The notes below the pieces were generated by a model that saw only the letters and a list, made by a program, of their open reading frames with translations, did no database searches and was not told where the DNA came from. Source: Eledone cirrhosa (Eukaryota). Taken from it: 64,000 bases of DNA. How positions within the stretch are numbered: position 1 is the first letter of the stretch; each line of letters opens with the position of its first letter. Position numbers and translations under genes: made by a program. The DNA is taken from assembly GCA_964016885.1 (NCBI GenBank), contig CAXHJY010000212.1:99865-163864 (forward strand). The letters are read 5' to 3'. Positions 1-14,258 of this stretch are shown piece after piece.

Positions 1-102
1 CTTTGTTGACAAACAAACGAACAAAGCGGCCGGCGTTATAATAAACGTCGGCTAAACTGATGCGTGCATATATGTATGTGTACCTGTATGCATATGTGTG
101 TA

Positions 103-151
<49 letters not shown>

Positions 152-307
152 GCATGCTACTGTACGTCTGTATACATATATGTATGTACGTATACATACA
201 TACTTACATTTAAGTAAGTGCCATACTAAGAGTGAGAAATGAAATTTCGTTTTCATTTTTTTCAATTTATCGTTTTCGGTATGCCTGACCGATTTAACTC
301 ACTCAAT

Positions 308-315
308 ATGCAAAT
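308..315 (+). promoter_or_regulatory. Octamer motif ATGCAAAT (one per monomer)
   Basis: Exact match to the POU/Oct binding site in each monomer; function not shown. Confidence 0.4.
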
Positions 316-364
316 TAGGCTGCTCAGCCGTTAATTTTCATAAGGAAAGTATATACTTTCGAAC

Positions 365-451
365 GTTCAACTATCTGGCAGATGGGTAAACGGTGCTGAT
401 GATAGCTAACAAGCTTGAAACTAGTACATCGTTCCTGTGTCAGTGTTGAAC
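365..451 (+). ncRNA. Type I hammerhead ribozyme (first copy; one per monomer)
   Basis: Helix I: AACGGTG 389-395 with CATCGTT 427-433, extended by TGGG 383-386/CCTG 434-437, CTGGCA 375-380/TGTCAG 438-443 and GTTCAAC 365-371/GTTGAAC 445-451. Core CTGATGA 396-402; helix II AGCT-aaca-AGCT 404-415; GAAA 417-420; palindromic CTAG 421-424; GTA triplet with predicted cleavage after 426. Confidence 0.9.
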
Positions 452-612
452 AAAAAGGTGACGTGGTTGCCTTAACACCGTATGGCATAAATTCAGGCTG
501 TTCGCTTTGTTGACAAACAAACGAACAAAGCGGCCGGCGTTATAATAAACGTCGGCTAAACTGATGCGTGCATATATGTATGTGTACCTGTATGCATATG
601 TGTGTATATATG

Positions 613-649
<37 letters not shown>

Positions 650-1104
650 GCATGCTACTGTACGTCTGTATACATATATGTATGTACGTATACATACATA
701 CTTACATTTAAGTAAGTGCCATACTAAGAGTGAGAAATGAAATTTCGTTTTCATTTTTTTCAATTTATCGTTTTCGGTATGCCTGACCGATTTAACTCAC
801 TCAATATGCAAATTAGGCTGCTCAGCCGTTAATTTTCATAAGGAAAGTATATACTTTCGAACGTTCAACTATCTGGCAGATGGGTAAACGGTGCTGATGA
901 TAGCTAACAAGCTTGAAACTAGTACATCGTTCCTGTGTCAGTGTTGAACAAAAAGGTGACGTGGTTGCCTTAACACCGTATGGCATAAATTCAGGCTGTT
1001 CGCTTTGTTGACAAACAAACGAACAAAGCGGCCGGCGTTATAATAAACGTCGGCTAAACTGATGCGTGCATATATGTATGTGTACCTGTATGCATATGTG
1101 TGTA

Positions 1105-1155
<51 letters not shown>

Positions 1156-1616
1156 GCATGCTACTGTACGTCTGTATACATATATGTATGTACGTATACA
1201 TACATACTTACATTTAAGTAAGTGCCATACTAAGAGTGAGAAATGAAATTTCGTTTTCATTTTTTTCAATTTATCGTTTTCGGTATGCCTGACCGATTTA
1301 ACTCACTCAATATGCAAATTAGGCTGCTCAGCCGTTAATTTTCATAAGGAAAGTATATACTTTCGAACGTTCAACTATCTGGCAGATGGGTAAACGGTGC
1401 TGATGATAGCTAACAAGCTTGAAACTAGTACATCGTTCCTGTGTCAGTGTTGAACAAAAAGGTGACGTGGTTGCCTTAACACCGTATGGCATAAATTCAG
1501 GCTGTTCGCTTTGTTGACAAACAAACGAACAAAGCGGCCGGCGTTATAATAAACGTCGGCTAAACTGATGCGTGCATATATGTATGTGTACCTGTATGCA
1601 TATGTGTGTATATATG

Positions 1617-1654
<38 letters not shown>

Positions 1655-2116
1655 TGCATGCTACTGTACGTCTGTATACATATATGTATGTACGTATACA
1701 TACATACTTACATTTAAGTAAGTGCCATACTAAGAGTGAGAAATGAAATTTCGTTTTCATTTTTTTCAATTTATCGTTTTCGGTATGCCTGACCGATTTA
1801 ACTCACTCAATATGCAAATTAGGCTGCTCAGCCGTTAATTTTCATAAGGAAAGTATATACTTTCGAACGTTCAACTATCTGGCAGATGGGTAAACGGTGC
1901 TGATGATAGCTAACAAGCTTGAAACTAGTACATCGTTCCTGTGTCAGTGTTGAACAAAAAGGTGACGTGGTTGCCTTAACACCGTATGGCATAAATTCAG
2001 GCTGTTCGCTTTGTTGACAAACAAACGAACAAAGCGGCCGGCGTTATAATAAACGTCGGCTAAACTGATGCGTGCATATATGTATGTGTACCTGTATGCA
2101 TATGTGTGTATATATG

Positions 2117-2154
<38 letters not shown>

Positions 2155-2616
2155 TGCATGCTACTGTACGTCTGTATACATATATGTATGTACGTATACA
2201 TACATACTTACATTTAAGTAAGTGCCATACTAAGAGTGAGAAATGAAATTTCGTTTTCATTTTTTTCAATTTATCGTTTTCGGTATGCCTGACCGATTTA
2301 ACTCACTCAATATGCAAATTAGGCTGCTCAGCCGTTAATTTTCATAAGGAAAGTATATACTTTCGAACGTTCAACTATCTGGCAGATGGGTAAACGGTGC
2401 TGATGATAGCTAACAAGCTTGAAACTAGTACATCGTTCCTGTGTCAGTGTTGAACAAAAAGGTGACGTGGTTGCCTTAACACCGTATGGCATAAATTCAG
2501 GCTGTTCGCTTTGTTGACAAACAAACGAACAAAGCGGCCGGCGTTATAATAAACGTCGGCTAAACTGATGCGTGCATATATGTATGTGTACCTGTATGCA
2601 TATGTGTGTATATATG

Positions 2617-2653
<37 letters not shown>

Positions 2654-3113
2654 GCATGCTACTGTACGTCTGTATACATATATGTATGTACGTATACATA
2701 CATACTTACATTTAAGTAAGTGCCATACTAAGAGTGAGAAATGAAATTTCGTTTTCATTTTTTTCAATTTATCGTTTTCGGTATGCCTGACCGATTTAAC
2801 TCACTCAATATGCAAATTAGGCTGCTCAGCCGTTAATTTTCATAAGGAAAGTATATACTTTCGAACGTTCAACTATCTGGCAGATGGGTAAACGGTGCTG
2901 ATGATAGCTAACAAGCTTGAAACTAGTACATCGTTCCTGTGTCAGTGTTGAACAAAAAGGTGACGTGGTTGCCTTAACACCGTATGGCATAAATTCAGGC
3001 TGTTCGCTTTGTTGACAAATAAACGACAAAGCGGCCGGCGTTATAATAAACGTCGGCTAAACTGATGCGTGCATATATGTATGTGTACCTGTATGCATAT
3101 GTGTGTATATATG

Positions 3114-3160
<47 letters not shown>

Positions 3161-3621
3161 GCATGCTACTGTACGTCTGTATACATATATGTATGTACGT
3201 ATACATACATACTTACATTTAAGTAAGTGCCATACTAAGAGTGAGAAATGAAATTTCGTTTTCATTTTTTTCAATTTATCGTTTTCGGTATGCCTGACCG
3301 ATTTAACTCACTCAATATGCAAATTAGGCTGCTCAGCCGTTAATTTTCATAAGGAAAGTATATACTTTCGAACGTTCAACTATCTGGCAGATGGGTAAAC
3401 GGTGCTGATGATAGCTAACAAGCTTGAAACTAGTACATCGTTCCTGTGTCAGTGTTGAACAAAAAGGTGACGTGGTTGCCTTAACACCGTATGGCATAAA
3501 TTCAGGCTGTTCGCTTTGTTGACAAACAAACGAACAAAGCGGCCGGCGTTATAATAAACGTCGGCTAAACTGATGCGTGCATATATGTATGTGTACCTGT
3601 ATGCATATGTGTGTATATATG

Positions 3622-3658
<37 letters not shown>

Positions 3659-4113
3659 GCATGCTACTGTACGTCTGTATACATATATGTATGTACGTAT
3701 ACATACATACTTACATTTAAGTAAGTGCCATACTAAGAGTGAGAAATGAAATTTCGTTTTCATTTTTTTCAATTTATCGTTTTCGGTATGCCTGACCGAT
3801 TTAACTCACTCAATATGCAAATTAGGCTGCTCAGCCGTTAATTTTCATAAGGAAAGTATATACTTTCGAACGTTCAACTATCTGGCAGATGGGTAAACGG
3901 TGCTGATGATAGCTAACAAGCTTGAAACTAGTACATCGTTCCTGTGTCAGTGTTGAACAAAAAGGTGACGTGGTTGCCTTAACACCGTATGGCATAAATT
4001 CAGGCTGTTCGCTTTGTTGACAAACAAACGAACAAAGCGGCCGGCGTTATAATAAACGTCGGCTAAACTGATGCGTGCATATATGTATGTGTACCTGTAT
4101 GCATATGTGTGTA

Positions 4114-4164
<51 letters not shown>

Positions 4165-4619
4165 GCATGCTACTGTACGTCTGTATACATATATGTATGT
4201 ACGTATACATACATACTTACATTTAAGTAAGTGCCATACTAAGAGTGAGAAATGAAATTTCGTTTTCATTTTTTTCAATTTATCGTTTTCGGTATGCCTG
4301 ACCGATTTAACTCACTCAATATGCAAATTAGGCTGCTCAGCCGTTAATTTTCATAAGGAAAGTATATACTTTCGAACGTTCAACTATCTGGCAGATGGGT
4401 AAACGGTGCTGATGATAGCTAACAAGCTTGAAACTAGTACATCGTTCCTGTGTCAGTGTTGAACAAAAAGGTGACGTGGTTGCCTTAACACCGTATGGCA
4501 TAAATTCAGGCTGTTCGCTTTGTTGACAAACAAACGAACAAAGCGGCCGGCGTTATAATAAACGTCGGCTAAACTGATGCGTGCATATATGTATGTGTAC
4601 CTGTATGCATATGTGTGTA

Positions 4620-4670
<51 letters not shown>

Positions 4671-5131
4671 GCATGCTACTGTACGTCTGTATACATATAT
4701 GTATGTACGTATACATACATACTTACATTTAAGTAAGTGCCATACTAAGAGTGAGAAATGAAATTTCGTTTTCATTTTTTTCAATTTATCGTTTTCGGTA
4801 TGCCTGACCGATTTAACTCACTCAATATGCAAATTAGGCTGCTCAGCCGTTAATTTTCATAAGGAAAGTATATACTTTCGAACGTTCAACTATCTGGCAG
4901 ATGGGTAAACGGTGCTGATGATAGCTAACAAGCTTGAAACTAGTACATCGTTCCTGTGTCAGTGTTGAACAAAAAGGTGACGTGGTTGCCTTAACACCGT
5001 ATGGCATAAATTCAGGCTGTTCGCTTTGTTGACAAACAAACGAACAAAGCGGCCGGCGTTATAATAAACGTCGGCTAAACTGATGCGTGCATATATGTAT
5101 GTGTACCTGTATGCATATGTGTGTATATATG

Positions 5132-5168
<37 letters not shown>

Positions 5169-5623
5169 GCATGCTACTGTACGTCTGTATACATATATGT
5201 ATGTACGTATACATACATACTTACATTTAAGTAAGTGCCATACTAAGAGTGAGAAATGAAATTTCGTTTTCATTTTTTTCAATTTATCGTTTTCGGTATG
5301 CCTGACCGATTTAACTCACTCAATATGCAAATTAGGCTGCTCAGCCGTTAATTTTCATAAGGAAAGTATATACTTTCGAACGTTCAACTATCTGGCAGAT
5401 GGGTAAACGGTGCTGATGATAGCTAACAAGCTTGAAACTAGTACATCGTTCCTGTGTCAGTGTTGAACAAAAAGGTGACGTGGTTGCCTTAACACCGTAT
5501 GGCATAAATTCAGGCTGTTCGCTTTGTTGACAAACAAACGAACAAAGCGGCCGGCGTTATAATAAACGTCGGCTAAACTGATGCGTGCATATATGTATGT
5601 GTACCTGTATGCATATGTGTGTA

Positions 5624-5672
<49 letters not shown>

Positions 5673-6127
5673 GCATGCTACTGTACGTCTGTATACATAT
5701 ATGTATGTACGTATACATACATACTTACATTTAAGTAAGTGCCATACTAAGAGTGAGAAATGAAATTTCGTTTTCATTTTTTTCAATTTATCGTTTTCGG
5801 TATGCCTGACCGATTTAACTCACTCAATATGCAAATTAGGCTGCTCAGCCGTTAATTTTCATAAGGAAAGTATATACTTTCGAACGTTCAACTATCTGGC
5901 AGATGGGTAAACGGTGCTGATGATAGCTAACAAGCTTGAAACTAGTACATCGTTCCTGTGTCAGTGTTGAACAAAAAGGTGACGTGGTTGCCTTAACACC
6001 GTATGGCATAAATTCAGGCTGTTCGCTTTGTTGACAAACAAACGAACAAAGCGGCCGGCGTTATAATAAACGTCGGCTAAACTGATGCGTGCATATATGT
6101 ATGTGTACCTGTATGCATATGTGTGTA

Positions 6128-6178
<51 letters not shown>

Positions 6179-6639
6179 GCATGCTACTGTACGTCTGTAT
6201 ACATATATGTATGTACGTATACATACATACTTACATTTAAGTAAGTGCCATACTAAGAGTGAGAAATGAAATTTCGTTTCCATTTTTTTCAATTTATCGT
6301 TTTCGGTATGCCTGACCGATTTAACTCACTCAATATGCAAATTAGGCTGCTCAGCCGTTAATTTTCATAAGGAAAGTATATACTTTCGAACGTTCAACTA
6401 TCTGGCAGATGGGTAAACGGTGCTGATGATAGCTAACAAGCTTGAAACTAGTACATCGTTCCTGTGTCAGTGTTGAACAAAAAGGTGACGTGGTTGCCTT
6501 AACACCGTATGGCATAAATTCAGGCTGTTCGCTTTGTTGACAAACAAACGAACAAAGCGGCCGGCGTTATAATAAACGTCGGCTAAACTGATGCGTGCAT
6601 ATATGTATGTGTACCTGTATGCATATGTGTGTATATATG

Positions 6640-6676
<37 letters not shown>

Positions 6677-7137
6677 GCATGCTACTGTACGTCTGTATAC
6701 ATATATGTATGTACGTATACATACATACTTACATTTAAGTAAGTGCCATACTAAGAGTGAGAAATGAAATTTCGTTTTCATTTTTTTCAATTTATCGTTT
6801 TCGGTATGCCTGACCGATTTAACTCACTCAATATGCAAATTAGGCTGCTCAGCCGTTAATTTTCATAAGGAAAGTATATACTTTCGAACGTTCAACTATC
6901 TGGCAGATGGGTAAACGGTGCTGATGATAGCTAACAAGCTTGAAACTAGTACATCGTTCCTGTGTCAGTGTTGAACAAAAAGGTGACGTGGTTGCCTTAA
7001 CACCGTATGGCATAAATTCAGGCTGTTCGCTTTGTTGACAAACAAACGAACAAAGCGGCCGGCGTTATAATAAACGTCGGCTAAACTGATGCGTGCATAT
7101 ATGTATGTGTACCTGTATGCATATGTGTGTATATATG

Positions 7138-7175
<38 letters not shown>

Positions 7176-7631
7176 TGCATGCTACTGTACGTCTGTATAC
7201 ATATATGTATGTACGTATACATACATACTTACATTTAAGTAAGTGCCATACTAAGAGTGAGAAATGAAATTTCGTTTTCATTTTTTTCAATTTATCGTTT
7301 TCGGTATGCCTGACCGATTTAACTCACTCAATATGCAAATTAGGCTGCTCAGCCGTTAATTTTCATAAGGAAAGTATATACTTTCGAACGTTCAACTATC
7401 TGGCAGATGGGTAAACGGTGCTGATGATAGCTAACAAGCTTGAAACTAGTACATCGTTCCTGTGTCAGTGTTGAACAAAAAGGTGACGTGGTTGCCTTAA
7501 CACCGTATGGCATAAATTCAGGCTGTTCGCTTTGTTGACAAACAAACGAACAAAGCGGCCGGCGTTATAATAAACGTCGGCTAAACTGATGCGTGCATAT
7601 ATGTATGTGTACCTGTATGCATATGTGTGTA

Positions 7632-7684
<53 letters not shown>

Positions 7685-8145
7685 GCATGCTACTGTACGT
7701 CTGTATACATATATGTATGTACGTATACATACATACTTACATTTAAGTAAGTGCCATACTAAGAGTGAGAAATGAAATTTCGTTTTCATTTTTTTCAATT
7801 TATCGTTTTCGGTATGCCTGACCGATTTAACTCACTCAATATGCAAATTAGGCTGCTCAGCCGTTAATTTTCATAAGGAAAGTATATACTTTCGAACGTT
7901 CAACTATCTGGCAGATGGGTAAACGGTGCTGATGATAGCTAACAAGCTTGAAACTAGTACATCGTTCCTGTGTCAGTGTTGAACAAAAAGGTGACGTGGT
8001 TGCCTTAACACCGTATGGCATAAATTCAGGCTGTTCGCTTTGTTGACAAACAAACGAACAAAGCGGCCGGCGTTATAATAAACGTCGGCTAAACTGATGC
8101 GTGCATATATGTATGTGTACCTGTATGCATATGTGTGTATATATG

Positions 8146-8182
<37 letters not shown>

Positions 8183-8637
8183 GCATGCTACTGTACGTCT
8201 GTATACATATATGTATGTACGTATACATACATACTTACATTTAAGTAAGTGCCATACTAAGAGTGAGAAATGAAATTTCGTTTTCATTTTTTTCAATTTA
8301 TCGTTTTCGGTATGCCTGACCGATTTAACTCACTCAATATGCAAATTAGGCTGCTCAGCCGTTAATTTTCATAAGGAAAGTATATACTTTCGAACGTTCA
8401 ACTATCTGGCAGATGGGTAAACGGTGCTGATGATAGCTAACAAGCTTGAAACTAGTACATCGTTCCTGTGTCAGTGTTGAACAAAAAGGTGACGTGGTTG
8501 CCTTAACACCGTATGGCATAAATTCAGGCTGTTCGCTTTGTTGACAAATAAACGAACAAAGCGGCCGGCGTTATAATAAACGTCGGCTAAACTGATGCGT
8601 GCATATATGTATGTGTACCTGTATGCATATGTGTGTA

Positions 8638-8692
<55 letters not shown>

Positions 8693-9161
8693 GCATGCTA
8701 CTGTACGTCTGTATACATATATGTATGTACGTATACATACATACTTACATTTAAGTAAGTGCCATACTAAGAGTGAGAAATGAAATTTCGTTTTCATTTT
8801 TTTCAATTTATCGTTTTCGGTATGCCTGACCGATTTAACTCACTCAATATGCAAATTAGGCTGCTCAGCCGTTAATTTTCATAAGGAAAGTATATACTTT
8901 CGAACGTTCAACTATCTGGCAGATGGGTAAACGGTGCTGATGATAGCTAACAAGCTTGAAACTAGTACATCGTTCCTGTGTCAGTGTTGAACAAAAAGGT
9001 GACGTGGTTGCCTTAACACCGTATGGCATAAATTCAGGCTGTTCGCTTTGTTGACAAACAAACGAACAAAGCGGCCGGCGTTATAATAAACGTCGGCTAA
9101 ACTGATGCGTGCATATATGTATGTGTACCTGTATGCATATGTGTGTATATATGTATTTTTT

Positions 9162-9200
<39 letters not shown>

Positions 9201-9661
9201 GCATGCTACTGTACGTCTGTATACATATATGTATGTACGTATACATACATACTTACATTTAAGTAAGTGCCATACTAAGAGTGAGAAATGAAATTTCGTT
9301 TTCATTTTTTTCAATTTATCGTTTTCGGTATGCCTGACCGATTTAACTCACTCAATATGCAAATTAGGCTGCTCAGCCGTTAATTTTCATAAGGAAAGTA
9401 TATACTTTCGAACGTTCAACTATCTGGCAGATGGGTAAACGGTGCTGATGATAGCTAACAAGCTTGAAACTAGTACATCGTTCCTGTGTCAGTGTTGAAC
9501 AAAAAGGTGACGTGGTTGCCTTAACACCGTATGGCATAAATTCAGGCTGTTCGCTTTGTTGACAAACAAACGAACAAAGCGGCCGGCGTTATAATAAACG
9601 TCGGCTAAACTGATGCGTGCATATATGTATGTGTACCTGTATGCATATGTGTGTATATATG

Positions 9662-9698
<37 letters not shown>

Positions 9699-10153
9699 GC
9701 ATGCTACTGTACGTCTGTATACATATATGTATGTACGTATACATACATACTTACATTTAAGTAAGTGCCATACTAAGAGTGAGAAATGAAATTTCGTTTT
9801 CATTTTTTTCAATTTATCGTTTTCGGTATGCCTGACCGATTTAACTCACTCAATATGCAAATTAGGCTGCTCAGCCGTTAATTTTCATAAGGAAAGTATA
9901 TACTTTCGAACGTTCAACTATCTGGCAGATGGGTAAACGGTGCTGATGATAGCTAACAAGCTTGAAACTAGTACATCGTTCCTGTGTCAGTGTTGAACAA
10001 AAAGGTGACGTGGTTGCCTTAACACCGTATGGCATAAATTCAGGCTGTTCGCTTTGTTGACAAACAAACGAACAAAGCGGCCGGCGTTATAATAAACGTC
10101 GGCTAAACTGATGCGTGCATATATGTATGTGTACCTGTATGCATATGTGTGTA

Positions 10154-10204
<51 letters not shown>

Positions 10205-10659
10205 GCATGCTACTGTACGTCTGTATACATATATGTATGTACGTATACATACATACTTACATTTAAGTAAGTGCCATACTAAGAGTGAGAAATGAAATTT
10301 CGTTTTCATTTTTTTCAATTTATCGTTTTCGGTATGCCTGACCGATTTAACTCACTCAATATGCAAATTAGGCTGCTCAGCCGTTAATTTTCATAAGGAA
10401 AGTATATACTTTCGAACGTTCAACTATCTGGCAGATGGGTAAACGGTGCTGGTGATAGCTAACAAGCTTGAAACTAGTACATCGTTCCTGTGTCAGTGTT
10501 GAACAAAAAGGTGACGTGGTTGCCTTAACACCGTATGGCATAAATTCAGGCTGTTCGCTTTGTTGACAAACAAACGAACAAAGCGGCCGGCGTTATAATA
10601 AACGTCGGCTAAACTGATGCGTGCATATATGTATGTGTACCTGTATGCATATGTGTGTA

Positions 10660-10712
<53 letters not shown>

Positions 10713-11167
10713 GCATGCTACTGTACGTCTGTATACATATATGTATGTACGTATACATACATACTTACATTTAAGTAAGTGCCATACTAAGAGTGAGAAA
10801 TGAAATTTCGTTTTCATTTTTTTCAATTTATCGTTTTCGGTATGCCTGACCGATTTAACTCACTCAATATGCAAATTAGGCTGCTCAGCCGTTAATTTTC
10901 ATAAGGAAAGTATATACTTTCGAACGTTCAACTATCTGGCAGATGGGTAAACGGTGCTGATGATAGCTAACAAGCTTGAAACTAGTACATCGTTCCTGTG
11001 TCAGTGTTGAACAAAAAGGTGACGTGGTTGCCTTAACACCGTATGGCATAAATTCAGGCTGTTCGCTTTGTTGACAAACAAACGAACAAAGCGGCCGGCG
11101 TTATAATAAACGTCGGCTAAACTGATGCGTGCATATATGTATGTGTACCTGTATGCATATGTGTGTA

Positions 11168-11218
<51 letters not shown>

Positions 11219-11673
11219 GCATGCTACTGTACGTCTGTATACATATATGTATGTACGTATACATACATACTTACATTTAAGTAAGTGCCATACTAAGAGT
11301 GAGAAATGAAATTTCGTTTTCATTTTTTTCAATTTATCGTTTTCGGTATGCCTGACCGATTTAACTCACTCAATATGCAAATTAGGCTGCTCAGCCGTTA
11401 ATTTTCATAAGGAAAGTATATACTTTCGAACGTTCAACTATCTGGCAGATGGGTAAACGGTGCTGATGATAGCTAACAAGCTTGAAACTAGTACATCGTT
11501 CCTGTGTCAGTGTTGAACAAAAAGGTGACGTGGTTGCCTTAACACCGTATGGCATAAATTCAGGCTGTTCGCTTTGTTGACAAACAAACGAACAAAGCGG
11601 CCGGCGTTATAATAAACGTCGGCTAAACTGATGCGTGCATATATGTATGTGTACCTGTATGCATATGTGTGTA

Positions 11674-11728
<55 letters not shown>

Positions 11729-12183
11729 GCATGCTACTGTACGTCTGTATACATATATGTATGTACGTATATATACATACTTACATTTAAGTAAGTGCCA
11801 TACTAAGAGTGAGAAATGAAATTTCGTTTTCATTTTTTTCAATTTATCGTTTTCGGTATGCCTGACCGATTTAACTCACTCAATATGCAAATTAGGCTGC
11901 TCAGCCGTTAATTTTCATAAGGAAAGTATATACTTTCGAACGTTCAACTATCTGGCAGATGGGTAAACGGTGCTGATGATAGCTAACAAGCTTGAAACTA
12001 GTACATCGTTCCTGTGTCAGTGTTGAACAAAAAGGTGACGTGGTTGCCTTAACACCGTATGGCATAAATTCAGGCTGTTCGGTTTGTTGACAAACAAACG
12101 AACAAAGCGGCCGGCGTTATAATAAACGTCGGCTAAACTGATGCGTGCATATATGTATGTGTACCTGTATGCATATGTGTGTA

Positions 12184-12232
<49 letters not shown>

Positions 12233-12693
12233 GCATGCTACTGTACGTCTGTATACATATATGTATGTACGTATACATACATACTTACATTTAAGTAAGT
12301 GCCATAATAAGAGTGAGAAATGAAATTTCGTTTTCATTTTTTTCAATTTATCGTTTTCGGTATGCCTGACCGATTTAACTCACTCAATATGCAAATTAGG
12401 CTGCTCAGCCGTTAATTTTCATAAGGAAAGTATATACTTTCGAACGTTCAACTATCTGGCAGATGGGTAAACGGTGCTGATGATAGCTAACAAGCTTGAA
12501 ACTAGTACATCGTTCCTGTGTCAGTGTTGAACAAAAAGGTGACGTGGTTGCCTTAACACCGTATGGCATAAATTCAGGCTGTTCGCTTTGTTGACAAACA
12601 AACGAACAAAGCGGCCGGCGTTATAATAAACGTCGGCTAAACTGATGCGTGCATATATGTATGTGTACCTGTATGCATATGTGTGTATATATG

Positions 12694-12734
<41 letters not shown>

Positions 12735-13195
12735 GCATGCTACTGTACGTCTGTATACATATATGTATGTACGTATACATACATACTTACATTTAAGTAA
12801 GTGCCATACTAAGAGTGAGAAATGAAATTTCGTTTTCATTTTTTTCAATTTATCGTTTTCGGTATGCCTGACCGATTTAACTCACTCAATATGCAAATTA
12901 GGCTGCTCAGCCGTTAATTTTCATAAGGAAAGTATATACTTTCGAACGTTCAACTATCTGGCAGATGGGTAAACGGTGCTGATGATAGCTAACAAGCTTG
13001 AAACTAGTACATCGTTCCTGTGTCAGTGTTGAACAAAAAGGTGACGTGGTTGCCTTAACACCGTATGGCATGAATTCAGGCTGTTCGCTTTGTTGACAAA
13101 CAAACGAACAAAGCGGCCGGCGTTATAATAAACGTCGGCTAAACTGATGCGTGCATATATGTATGTGTACCTGTATGCATATGTGTGTATATATG

Positions 13196-13236
<41 letters not shown>

Positions 13237-13697
13237 GCATGCTACTGTACGTCTGTATACATATATGTATGTACGTATACATACATACTTACATTTAAGT
13301 AAGTGCCATACTAAGAGTGAGAAATGAAATTTCGTTTTCATTTCTTTCAATTTATCGTTTTCGGTATGCCTGACCGATTTAACTCACTCAATATGCAAAT
13401 TAGGCTGCTCAGCCGTTAATTTTCATAAGGAAAGTATATACTTTCGAACGTTCAACTATCTGGCAGATGGGTAAACGGTGCTGATGATAGCTAACAAGCT
13501 TGAAACTAGTACATCGTTCCTGTGTCAGTGTTGAACAAAAAGGTGACGTGGTTGCCTTAACACCGTATGGCATAAATTCAGGCTGTTCGCTTTGTTGACA
13601 AACAAACGAACAAAGCGGCCGGCGTTATAATAAACGTCGGCTAAACTGATGCGTGCATATATGTATGTGTACCTGTATGCATATGTGTGTATATATG

Positions 13698-13736
<39 letters not shown>

Positions 13737-14197
13737 GCATGCTACTGTACGTCTGTATACATATATGTATGTACGTATACATACATACTTACATTTAAGT
13801 AAGTGCCATACTAAGAGTGAGAAATGAAATTTCGTTTTCATTTTTTTCAATTTATCGTTTTCGGTATGCCTGACCGATTTAACTCACTCAATATGCAAAT
13901 TAGGCTGCTCAGCCGTTAATTTTCATAAGGAAAGTATATACTTTCGAACGTTCAACTATCTGGCAGATGGGTAAACGGTGCTGATGATAGCTAACAAGCT
14001 TGAAACTAGTACATCGTTCCTGTGTCAGTGTTGAACAAAAAGGTGACGTGGTTGCCTTAACACCGTATGGCATAAATTCAGGCTGTTCGCGTTGTTGACA
14101 AACAAACGAACAAAGCGGCCGGCGTTATAATAAACGTCGGCTAAACTGATGCGTGCATATATGTATGTGTACCTGTATGCATATGTGTGTATATATG

Positions 14198-14258
<61 letters not shown>

